From IMG/VR virus record IMGVR_UViG_3300014501_000012, positions 1 through 64,000 of that record: a stretch of 64,000 nucleotides of DNA, one strand, 5' to 3'. Shown here one piece after another: positions 46,281-54,249 of the stretch (position 1 is the stretch's first letter; each line of letters begins with the position of its first letter). The notes under the pieces were generated by a model. It saw nothing but the letters and a program-made list of their open reading frames with translations. It did no database searches and was not told the origin of the DNA. This stretch comes from a virus. Both the position numbers and the translations under genes were made by a program.

Positions 46281-47348
46281 GTGGGTAACTTCACCGTCTA
46301 CACGACGTCCGACCTCAACACCTGGACGCAGCAGACCACCCCGGCCGACAGCGCGTCCTTCCCGCAGGCGCTGTGCATCTCCGAGGGCGCCGGTCTTTTC
46401 GTCGTCGGCGGCCGTGGGTTCGGGGCCGTCACGGGCCCCCCGATCATGTATTCGTCAGACGGGGTCACGTGGAACTTCCCTAGCGGAAGCGGGTTCACCT
46501 CGACCGACCTGGTGGAGGCCATCGCCTGGAACGGGAGCTTGTTCGTCGCGGTGGGGAACTTCGGCCCGAGTGGGTACACGGCGGCCACCTCCCCGGATGG
46601 GATCACCTGGACGATCCAGCCGGTGGGAACGTCGGGCAGCACCTGGTCCTGGCTTGCCTGGTGCGCGGGCCCGGACATCTTCATGGCCTGGGCGACTGAT
46701 CCGGGTAACGCGTTCACCTCCCCCGATGGCGTCACCTGGACGGCGGTGCCAGGAGCCCCTACGTACATGAACGGTGGATTCACCTGGGACGGGTCTGGTC
46801 TCGGGGTGTGGGGGAACTCTTACAGGGGAGGAGGTGCCGCCGGCACCACGGACACCACGACCTTCGCCGTCATCGGTGGGCTGGCTCTCAACCTATACAC
46901 GGAGGCGGTCGGTTGGATCGGCGGCCAGTGGGTACTCACGGGGCCAAACTTCGACGGCCCCACTCTCCCTTCCGTGCAGATATCTCCTGACACGCTCACG
47001 TGGACAGCGGTAGCGACGCCCATGGACGGGAACCAGTTCCCCCGGAACGCAGTAGTCGACGGGGATGGCCTCGCGGTGATCCTGGCCACGGGAGCCAACT
47101 TCGGCGACATCACCTGCATGAGCAGTTCGGACGATGGCGCTAGCTGGTCGTCCCACTACTCCCCCTTCGACTATCCGGGGTCAGGCGGGAGCAACAGCTG
47201 CAGGGATGCCCTCTGGACGGGGACCGAGTGGATCGTGGTCGGGTTCGTCCGATCCCCGGCCCCTCCGCCGGTCATCCCCTGGCACGTGGGCCAGGTCGGC
47301 TTCGGAGCGAACACCGGGACCGACTGGCTGGTGGGGGTCAACCCCTGA
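46281..47348 (+). CDS. BNR/beta-propeller tail protein
   Basis: Repeated SPDG.TW motifs; WNGSLFVAVG. Confidence 0.7.
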   Translation: MGNFTVYTTSDLNTWTQQTTPADSASFPQALCISEGAGLFVVGGRGFGAVTGPPIMYSSDGVTWNFPSGSGFTSTDLVEAIAWNGSLFVAVGNFGPSGYTAATSPDGITWTIQPVGTSGSTWSWLAWCAGPDIFMAWATDPGNAFTSPDGVTWTAVPGAPTYMNGGFTWDGSGLGVWGNSYRGGGAAGTTDTTTFAVIGGLALNLYTEAVGWIGGQWVLTGPNFDGPTLPSVQISPDTLTWTAVATPMDGNQFPRNAVVDGDGLAVILATGANFGDITCMSSSDDGASWSSHYSPFDYPGSGGSNSCRDALWTGTEWIVVGFVRSPAPPPVIPWHVGQVGFGANTGTDWLVGVNP

Positions 47349-47377
47349 TCCTCAGTGCCAGGTCTATGCTCAGCGCC

Positions 47378-47812
47378 GTGACCCCCAAGAACTCCGCGGA
47401 GGGCGACGGCGAACAAGGCCTCGTATCGGCTCCCCTCGACGAGCCTGACGCGGACGGGGGCACGGAGGAGGATGCCGCGGAGGGCGCGGACCCCGCGGCT
47501 CAGCCCACATCAGATCCCCCGGTCGATGACGGGCTTCAGGCCGAAGAGGCTCCCGATGCCGTCGAGGAGCCGGCGGAATCCGCGCCCGCGGTGTCCTCCG
47601 AGCCCGACGAGGGATCGATCCAGGTCCCGCTCAACGCTGACGGCGTGGGGTCGGTGCGCGTCCCGGTCAACTGCATGGAGATCCTCGACGTCCGCGGCGA
47701 CGGGATGCGGACCTGCACCTGGAACTCCGTCCCCCGCCACCCCGAGCTGACCCGCGTCACGCTCGCGGGCGAACCCTTCGCTACGATCTCGATCACCGTC
47801 CTCACCCGATAA
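47378..47812 (+). CDS. Acidic disordered protein with small beta domain
   Basis: Leaderless TATGCT-7nt-GTG start. Confidence 0.55.
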   Translation: MTPKNSAEGDGEQGLVSAPLDEPDADGGTEEDAAEGADPAAQPTSDPPVDDGLQAEEAPDAVEEPAESAPAVSSEPDEGSIQVPLNADGVGSVRVPVNCMEILDVRGDGMRTCTWNSVPRHPELTRVTLAGEPFATISITVLTR

Positions 47813-47823
47813 GGAGAACCCGA

Positions 47824-48543
47824 ATGTCCGACACGACAGGAACACCCCCAGCAGGTTCGCAGCCCCTCGCCGGCCCACCGGGCTCCGACCCGACCGAAGC
47901 CCTGACCGGAGCGGGCAAGCCCGCCGAGGGCGCGCCGGAAACGATGGCGGCCGGCCAGCCTCCAGCGGGCGACGGGGTCGAGTCCCTGACGGGATCCGGA
48001 GCCCCGGCCGAAGGCGACGGACTGGCGGACGAGCCGGCGGATCCGGCCGAGGTCGAGGCGCTTGAGGTCGACATCCAGACCGACGCCGAGGGGACCGGGT
48101 GGGAGATCATCGACGAGCCCCTCGCCGGCCTCGTGGCGACCCTCCCCGCCGGGGAGCAGGGGTCGGTGGCTCTCACCGCCCCCGAGGGCGACCCCGAAGG
48201 CAAGGAGTCGGCGTGCGTGACGGTGACCGGGGCCGCGCCGAACTCGGTCGTGATCGTCACCGTGACCGAGGGCGAGACGCCCCCGGCCCTCCCGCCCCAA
48301 CCCGAGCCCGTCCCTGCAGGCGGAGTCCACACGATCCAGGACAACGTCACCGACCCGGAGAACCCGCGCACGGTCCAGGCCGAGGGCATCACCGTCCAGG
48401 ACAACGTCTCGTGGGCCGACGAGGAGAAGGAAGAGGACCGGGTCCTGACCGAGCGCACCGTCCAGGCCGACGGGACCACGAGCGACCACCGACCCCTTCC
48501 GCCCGTCGACGCCGACGAGGAGCCCGCCGCCGAGGACGAGTGA
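47824..48543 (+). CDS. Acidic disordered protein, paralogous to the previous gene
   Basis: AAGGAG SD; internal repeats. Confidence 0.6.
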   Translation: MSDTTGTPPAGSQPLAGPPGSDPTEALTGAGKPAEGAPETMAAGQPPAGDGVESLTGSGAPAEGDGLADEPADPAEVEALEVDIQTDAEGTGWEIIDEPLAGLVATLPAGEQGSVALTAPEGDPEGKESACVTVTGAAPNSVVIVTVTEGETPPALPPQPEPVPAGGVHTIQDNVTDPENPRTVQAEGITVQDNVSWADEEKEEDRVLTERTVQADGTTSDHRPLPPVDADEEPAAEDE

Positions 48544-49076
48544 GCACCACCATCGTCGTCCTGGGGCTCTGGACCCCACCGGGCGGCGCGGTCCCTCCCG
48601 ACGGAGAGATCACCTTCCAGCTCGACCAGGACCTGATCGACCTCGCGACGGGCGAGACGATCTTCGCCCAGACCATCCCGTCACCCCTCGTCCTCGGGGC
48701 CATCGCCCAACCCCTGGTGGCGAACGACGCCGGGGTGAGCCCGACGAACAGCCAGTACCGGGTCGACGAGAACCTCCTGGGCGCGCCGGAGCAGAGCTAC
48801 TACGCCACCGTCCCGGCGGTTCCCCCGGGCTCGCGGTCGATCACCGACGGGGCGATGACGGTCGGGTCACAGATCCTCGAGTCGGCCACGGCCAACTTCA
48901 CCAGCGCCGACGTGGGGGCCTTCCTCTTCGCCCCGTTCCTGCCGATCGCGGTGACAGTCCAGTCGGTGATCGACTCCGCCCACGCCTCGCTCACGAGCGC
49001 CCCGAGTGAGAATCTTTCGAGCCTGCCGGTCCTGATCGGGGCCTCGGTCCTGCTGTCGGCTATCCGGCCGACGTAG
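48540..49076 (+). CDS. Structural protein carrying the shared beta module
   Basis: G.ITF...L.AND...P....YRV.E motif; GTGA overlap. Confidence 0.6.
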   Translation: MSTTIVVLGLWTPPGGAVPPDGEITFQLDQDLIDLATGETIFAQTIPSPLVLGAIAQPLVANDAGVSPTNSQYRVDENLLGAPEQSYYATVPAVPPGSRSITDGAMTVGSQILESATANFTSADVGAFLFAPFLPIAVTVQSVIDSAHASLTSAPSENLSSLPVLIGASVLLSAIRPT

Positions 49077-49079
49077 GAC

Positions 49080-49322
49080 TCATTCCCAGGCCCATACCGC
49101 CCACAGGGCGCCGTCGGGATCGAACACCATCTCAGTCCAGAACCCGGTGTATCCACCACGGTGCGGTTGCTCCGTGTACGGGGGTTCTTCACCTTCGCGG
49201 ATGTACAGGAGCGTGGACCCTTCCGGTGGGGCATCGACTGTCGACCGAGACACAGCTAGATGCGTGTGAAAAGGAATGGACGCTCGGGTGAGCATGGCCA
49301 CCACCTGCTCCAGGTCGCTCAC
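49080..49322 (-). CDS. Hypothetical protein
   Basis: GYTGF.TE..FD.DGAL..V.AWE; GTGA overlap. Confidence 0.55.
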   Translation of the reverse strand: MSDLEQVVAMLTRASIPFHTHLAVSRSTVDAPPEGSTLLYIREGEEPPYTEQPHRGGYTGFWTEMVFDPDGALWAVWAWE

Positions 49323-49552
49323 GGCTTCGCCGTCCGATCGAGCGACCGCCGCACGGTCAACCGGGTCACGCCCGCCCACTCGGCGACGTCCTCCTGGCGC
49401 ACGCCCGGGATCGACATCGCCAGAGCGAACGCGTCGTCCATGGCCGCGCGTCGCATGAGGACGACGGCGCGCCCGTCGTTGAAACGCTTCCCCGCCGCGG
49501 CCACCTGAGCCTTCGCCGCGGCCAGGGTCTTTTCCTTCTCGGTCTTTGTCAT
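49319..49552 (-). CDS. Small HTH protein
   Basis: VRQEDVAEWAGVTRLTVRR. Confidence 0.65.
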   Translation of the reverse strand: MTKTEKEKTLAAAKAQVAAAGKRFNDGRAVVLMRRAAMDDAFALAMSIPGVRQEDVAEWAGVTRLTVRRSLDRTAKP

Positions 49553-49845
49553 CGGTCCTCCGTGTCGTTGGCATAGCGATGCTCGATCTCAATCTGACGC
49601 CCGATCGTGACGAGTGCGTGGACTAACGGATCGGATAAGAGCAGATCATCAAGGCGCCCCTGGTCACCGCTGCGGATGATCTCTTCGATGTGGCGCACCC
49701 TCAGAGCGGCGTCAGACGGCTCGGCTCCGGTTAGTCCGCCCATGCAGCGCCTTCCTTGCCACTCATTGGCGTAGCGGGACGATCCGTGGGTCCATACGTC
49801 GCCCAGGTAACGAATCGGCAGCTCGCAATTCTTGCAAAGATTCAC
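49549..49845 (-). CDS. Hypothetical Zn-binding protein
   Basis: CKNC..PI......W.H...C....AEP. Confidence 0.5.
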   Translation of the reverse strand: MNLCKNCELPIRYLGDVWTHGSSRYANEWQGRRCMGGLTGAEPSDAALRVRHIEEIIRSGDQGRLDDLLLSDPLVHALVTIGRQIEIEHRYANDTEDR

Positions 49846-50192
49846 CGGTCCTCCGTCTCTGTCGGTGTTCGGTCTGGAAAACAGAACTCGGGGAGATTGT
49901 CGTAGTTGCGCAGCCACCCGCAGGCCCACTCAAAGGAACCGGGAACCGGCAGGTGGAACGCCGTCTTTTCAGGAGACAGCTTATGCAGTCCGCAGACGCC
50001 ATCTTCACGGCTTGGTCGTCCAGCGCACCCACTCAGGTGCCATTCGCAACCCTCCATGTGGCAGTGCGGATTGACAAGGCCCTTGAATCCGAGCGGCGGG
50101 TTCGGACACATGAACGCGTCGAGCCCTTCGTAGTGGCACGGGTCGCCGTTCGGGCATGGGCAGGTCGCATCACCGTGCGGGCACTCAGCCAT
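49842..50192 (-). CDS. Cys/His-rich hypothetical protein
   Basis: CPHGD..CPC..GDPCHYEG. Confidence 0.55.
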   Translation of the reverse strand: MAECPHGDATCPCPNGDPCHYEGLDAFMCPNPPLGFKGLVNPHCHMEGCEWHLSGCAGRPSREDGVCGLHKLSPEKTAFHLPVPGSFEWACGWLRNYDNLPEFCFPDRTPTETEDR

Positions 50193-50568
50193 CGGATCCC
50201 TCTCCCCCTGTCCGGGCGCTCACCTTTTCCCAGTTTCGGTGGTACCGGCCGCACCGGTACTCGCCCGGCTCGAACGAGCCTGTTGCCAAGACGATCTGTA
50301 GGGCCGTCTCGGTCTGCTTATGCAACTCCCACAGCGGAGCACGCCAGGCGGCGTCATCGTCCGTGTCGTAGAGCACCGGGCGCCCAAGGATCTCGGCTAT
50401 GTCCCGGTGGATGTTCCCGTTGCCATAGGGGCGTTTGCCGTCGATGGCGGGCGCTCCCCACTCAGTCTCTTCCCAGCGAACGTAGGCCGCTCGGAGCAGC
50501 TTGACGTGGTCCTCCGTGAGCGTGAAGGTCTTCCAACCCCCTATTGGATCCACCTCGGGTTCACCCAT
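50185..50568 (-). CDS. Hypothetical protein
   Basis: F.LTEDH.KLLR...ID.KRPYGN..DIAEILG, a conserved phage pattern. Confidence 0.6.
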   Translation of the reverse strand: MGEPEVDPIGGWKTFTLTEDHVKLLRAAYVRWEETEWGAPAIDGKRPYGNGNIHRDIAEILGRPVLYDTDDDAAWRAPLWELHKQTETALQIVLATGSFEPGEYRCGRYHRNWEKVSARTGGEGSDG

Positions 50569-50974
50569 CCTCGCCCCTTCGTCCACTCCCACCGCATCGC
50601 CCGCACAGATCCTCAGTCGTCTCCCGGTTCCCGAAGCTGTCGGGTGGACCTGAGTGGTACTGGTGGCCCTGGCCTTCGCAGGCGGGGCAATCGTCGACTC
50701 CGAGATCGGCAAGCAGCGACAGCCCCTCTGCGTGGTCTTCTGTGCAGGCGGGCCAAAGGTCCATGTGGTACTCCCCGCAGCGCGCCTCTTCGGCGGCGTC
50801 GATATAAGCGACCAGGCGGGATCTTTGGTCGTGGTAGGCATCCCACCCGATGGCGTCCAGCGCGGCCGTGGCGAGTTCTTCGGGCACGACTTCGACAAAG
50901 CCGTCGTAGAACGCGTCCGCTATCGCTTGCAGGATCTTGTCGATCGCCTCGCGTCGGTCCGCGGGGGTGCTCAC
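50561..50974 (-). CDS. DnaJ-type zinc-finger protein
   Basis: CPACEGQG...CGRCGGSG. Confidence 0.55.
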   Translation of the reverse strand: MSTPADRREAIDKILQAIADAFYDGFVEVVPEELATAALDAIGWDAYHDQRSRLVAYIDAAEEARCGEYHMDLWPACTEDHAEGLSLLADLGVDDCPACEGQGHQYHSGPPDSFGNRETTEDLCGRCGGSGRRGEDG

Positions 50975-51255
50975 TAGCCCTCCTTCATATCCGTGCAACC
51001 GCACACGGGACACGCGTACAGGAGACCGTTGGCCAGCCGAAGATGGGTGACCGACCAGTGGCCGCATTGGCACATGAACCCGACGATCCGACTGAGCCCG
51101 AGCAAGTCGTCCCGCTCGACCTCTTCGAGGACCGACACCTGACCGGCCAAGAACCCCTCGCAGTACTCGTCGGAGTAGTCCGAGATGTCAACACCGATCG
51201 GGTCCGTCTTCGCCCGCGCCCGTAGCTTCGCAAACTGCTCGGTCAGTCCTCTCAC
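50974..51255 (-). CDS. Hypothetical Zn-finger protein
   Basis: CQCGH...H...C..CGC. Confidence 0.5.
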   Translation of the reverse strand: MRGLTEQFAKLRARAKTDPIGVDISDYSDEYCEGFLAGQVSVLEEVERDDLLGLSRIVGFMCQCGHWSVTHLRLANGLLYACPVCGCTDMKEG

Positions 51256-51602
51256 GACGCCACCCGTTGCCGCGCCAACTTGACCGCCTCGTCGTGGCCC
51301 TTGTCGAGCAGGACCGCCTCGACCTCGCGGAGGACCGCGTCGTTCACGTCGTCCTCGTCGAGGAGGTGGAGTACGGCGACCGAGTACGGCCCGTCGGGGT
51401 AGCGGTCGAAGGCCTCGGCGCGGATGTACCCGAGCCCGAGAAGCCACCGGTCGACCGGTGCCTGGTTGTTCGTGTCGGACCATCCGCCGATCTCGAACGT
51501 CTCCTCGACGGTCCCGGCTTCGTTCGTGACGACGTACCGGGAGAACGTCTGCTCGTCGTCCTCGTCGCGCTCGATGCCGAGCCGGTAGGCGGTGCTGGTC
51601 AT
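51252..51602 (-). CDS. Hypothetical protein (first gene of the minus cassette)
   Basis: CCCAAGGAGG SD; TATACT promoter. Confidence 0.65.
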   Translation of the reverse strand: MTSTAYRLGIERDEDDEQTFSRYVVTNEAGTVEETFEIGGWSDTNNQAPVDRWLLGLGYIRAEAFDRYPDGPYSVAVLHLLDEDDVNDAVLREVEAVLLDKGHDEAVKLARQRVAS

Positions 51603-51635
51603 GGGTTCCTCCTTGGGGGTGGAATGCTTGGTGAC

Positions 51636-51646
51636 TACTAGTATAC
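51636..51646 (-). promoter_or_regulatory. Promoter/operator B (GTATACTAGTA)
   Basis: TATACT -10 fused to the TACTAGTA palindrome; four copies in the window. Confidence 0.7.
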
Positions 51647-51738
51647 ATGACGGGAGGGGCCAGGGCCAGAGGCACCCCGGGGACCTGGATAAACACCCTC
51701 CCACCGCCCCCGGGTGCTGCCCCATAGACTCAGCGGCG

Positions 51739-52704
51739 ATGACCGAGACCGACCTCGCTCCCCCGAACGTGGGTGCTCCCCAGGGGCACTATGGGGTGGA
51801 CGTCAGCTCGAACAACGCCCACCCGATCGACTGGCCGGCGGTCGCCACCTACCTGCGCGGACTCGGGGGTGGCCAGCCCTTCGCCATCATCAAAGTCAAC
51901 GAGGGGACGGGCTACGTCAACCCCGACTTCGCAGCGGACCTGGCTGCAGCTCGAGCGGCAGGCTTCGCCACGGCGGGCTACCTCATGGATCAGGCGTCGG
52001 CCAGCGTGTCAGCCGAGGAGGCGCTGTACCGAAAGATCGCCGGGGTGCTGCCGCAGACCGACGACGACGAGGAGCCCCAGGGCGACTCACCCGCCCAGTA
52101 CGCCGCTCACCTGGCGGCTCTGGTTGCTCAGGACCCAGCCGCGCCGCAGTACGACAACCAGTCGGAGGTGGCCGCTGGGTTTCCCGAGGGCGCCGGGCTT
52201 TGGCTCGCGGAGTACAACGGGCAGCCGGGGAGCGTCAGTCACCCGTGTCTCATGCACCAGTACAGTTCGTCCGCTTCGATCCCGGGCACCGCGGGCCAGT
52301 TCGACCTCAACATCTGGCTAGGGAGCGGCGGGCAGTTTGCAGCGTTCTTCGGGACCGCACCGCCCGCCCCCGGCCCGAATCCCAACCCCGTACCGACCAG
52401 CACCCAGGAGGACGACATGATCTGCACTGACCCCGAGAGCGGGGACCTGATGGCGACCGACGTCAACGGCGCGCTGTATGCCGACATCCCGTCGCTCACG
52501 AACGGGAACCTCATTGACCACCCGAACTTTGACGCGGGCGACGCGGAGAGTGGGAACCAGAACCCGTGTATCGGCATCACGCCGTGGAAGGACCCGAGTG
52601 GCAAGTGGGGGTGGACGTTCGTGACCAAGCCCACGTCGGGCGCCGGGGGCTTCGGCCCATACGACCGATACAACTTCGGGCGCGACGGGCAGCCCAACAC
52701 GTAG
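51739..52704 (+). CDS. Endolysin, GH25 muramidase plus C-terminal domain
   Basis: GVDVSS, FAIIKVNEGTGYVNP, D.E, LWLAEY, HQYS and DLN motifs; leaderless TAGACT. Confidence 0.88.
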   Translation: MTETDLAPPNVGAPQGHYGVDVSSNNAHPIDWPAVATYLRGLGGGQPFAIIKVNEGTGYVNPDFAADLAAARAAGFATAGYLMDQASASVSAEEALYRKIAGVLPQTDDDEEPQGDSPAQYAAHLAALVAQDPAAPQYDNQSEVAAGFPEGAGLWLAEYNGQPGSVSHPCLMHQYSSSASIPGTAGQFDLNIWLGSGGQFAAFFGTAPPAPGPNPNPVPTSTQEDDMICTDPESGDLMATDVNGALYADIPSLTNGNLIDHPNFDAGDAESGNQNPCIGITPWKDPSGKWGWTFVTKPTSGAGGFGPYDRYNFGRDGQPNT

Positions 52705-52708
52705 CCCG

Positions 52709-52897
52709 ATGAGCGCCAACGACATCATCGCCGTGAGCGCCATGATCTCCGCCGTCGCCGCGTGCATCGCCGCGGTGGCGACTCTGCGTGGCAACGGCCG
52801 GACTGGGCGCCATCTCCACGCTCAGGACGCCGCTCTCGTCCAAGCTGGAGTGATCGAACCCGTCGTCCTGCCAGCAGATCAGAAGGGATCGACCTGA
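52709..52897 (+). CDS. Small membrane protein (lysis cassette)
   Basis: Single TM segment. Confidence 0.5.
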   Translation: MSANDIIAVSAMISAVAACIAAVATLRGNGRTGRHLHAQDAALVQAGVIEPVVLPADQKGST

Positions 52898-53514
52898 TGG
52901 TAAAGGGCAACACGCCTCCCGGTCCTGGTGTCGACGCGTCCGGCCAAGCCGTGATTGACCCTACCGCCAACGTCATCGCGATCCTGACAGCGGCGGTCGA
53001 TCGGCAGGACGATCTTCGGGACCTCGGGTTCAGCTGTATCCGGGAGGTACAAGCACTCCAGCGTGAGTTCGACAAGGAACGCCGTGAGTTTGCCCACGAG
53101 ATCAGAGCGGCTGAATCTGCTCGCATCGACGCCATCCGAACCGTCGATGTTGCTGCCGTCCAGCGGGCGGCGGAGGTGGCCGCCGAGGCCGTGCAGACGC
53201 TCGCGGCTCAGGTCCCGATCACCGCCGAGGCTGTCCGGACGTCTCTTGCCGCCGCGCTCGGCCCGATCCTGAACGACATTGGCGAGTTGCGGAAGGTGCA
53301 ATACGAGCAACAGGGGCAGAAGGCTGCTGGTGATGATCCGATGGTGCGGGCGCTGGCCGAGTTCCGGCAGTTCATGATCGAGACACAAACACAGAAGGAC
53401 GTGGCGGTCGAGCAGAAGGGATCGAACCAATGGGGGATCGGGCTCGCCGTGATCGGGTTCCTGTCGTTCGCTTCGATCATGACATCCGTCGTCGTACTTA
53501 TCATCCACGGATAG
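52897..53514 (+). CDS. Coiled-coil protein with C-terminal TM segment
   Basis: TGATG coupling; within the lysis cassette. Confidence 0.6.
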   Translation: MVKGNTPPGPGVDASGQAVIDPTANVIAILTAAVDRQDDLRDLGFSCIREVQALQREFDKERREFAHEIRAAESARIDAIRTVDVAAVQRAAEVAAEAVQTLAAQVPITAEAVRTSLAAALGPILNDIGELRKVQYEQQGQKAAGDDPMVRALAEFRQFMIETQTQKDVAVEQKGSNQWGIGLAVIGFLSFASIMTSVVVLIIHG

Positions 53515-53524
53515 GGAGAAACTT

Positions 53525-53791
53525 ATGGGACCACTGAGTGCAGTAGCCGGAATCGGTTGGCTGATCTTTTTCGGAGGTATCCAGATCGGATGGTGGGCGA
53601 CGGACAAGCCTGCCGTACTTGGCTGGGTGTCCATCATTGCCGCGGCACTGATCGCGCTTGATCTGTTCTGGCACCACGGGCGCGAATGGTTCGGCCGTAA
53701 GCGGTCCGAGTCGGGCCAGGTCGTCACCGTGCTCGTGGTGATCTTGATCGTCATCGTGATCTGCATCCTGCTCGGGGTCGTCGTCCGCTGA
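53525..53791 (+). CDS. Three-TM membrane protein (holin candidate)
   Basis: Three hydrophobic segments. Confidence 0.55.
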   Translation: MGPLSAVAGIGWLIFFGGIQIGWWATDKPAVLGWVSIIAAALIALDLFWHHGREWFGRKRSESGQVVTVLVVILIVIVICILLGVVVR

Positions 53792-54249
53792 TGGTCGACA
53801 CCCCGCCAGTCGAGGACAAGCCCATCCCGTTGTGGCAGACGTTGACCGTCATCGGGTACGTGGTCGCGGTCATCGGGATCACCGTCGGACTCGGCATCGC
53901 CTGCGGATGGGAGTGGCTGTGGCAGCGGATCCTCGCGGATTTCTGGCCGTTGGACAACGCGCACGTCGCCCCCAACATCCTGGCCTCGGTCATCCAGTAC
54001 ACGGTGATAGCGATCGCCGTGGTCCTGCTCTGGCCGACGGTTCGCAGGCGGATCCACAAGTTCGTTGACGCCAAGGTCCAACATGTCAAGGACCACGTGA
54101 CCGAGAGCCACCGGAAGCTGGCCGCCCACGTGACCGCTGAGCACGACGCCATCCATGAGAGGTTTGACCATCTACACGAGCACTTGAAGATCCCCCCGTT
54201 GCCAGAGGGCAAAGGGGTTCGCCCACCACGACCCGAGGAGAAACCATGA
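53791..54249 (+). CDS. Two-TM membrane protein with His-rich tail
   Basis: TGATG coupling. Confidence 0.55.
   Translation: MVDTPPVEDKPIPLWQTLTVIGYVVAVIGITVGLGIACGWEWLWQRILADFWPLDNAHVAPNILASVIQYTVIAIAVVLLWPTVRRRIHKFVDAKVQHVKDHVTESHRKLAAHVTAEHDAIHERFDHLHEHLKIPPLPEGKGVRPPRPEEKP

Noticed and set aside
49549-49862. Two adjacent proteins both ending TEDR (ACGGAGGACCG(A/G)TGA repeat)
   Set aside because: Explained by an SD plus start/stop overlap constraint, possibly a recombination joint; too short to support more
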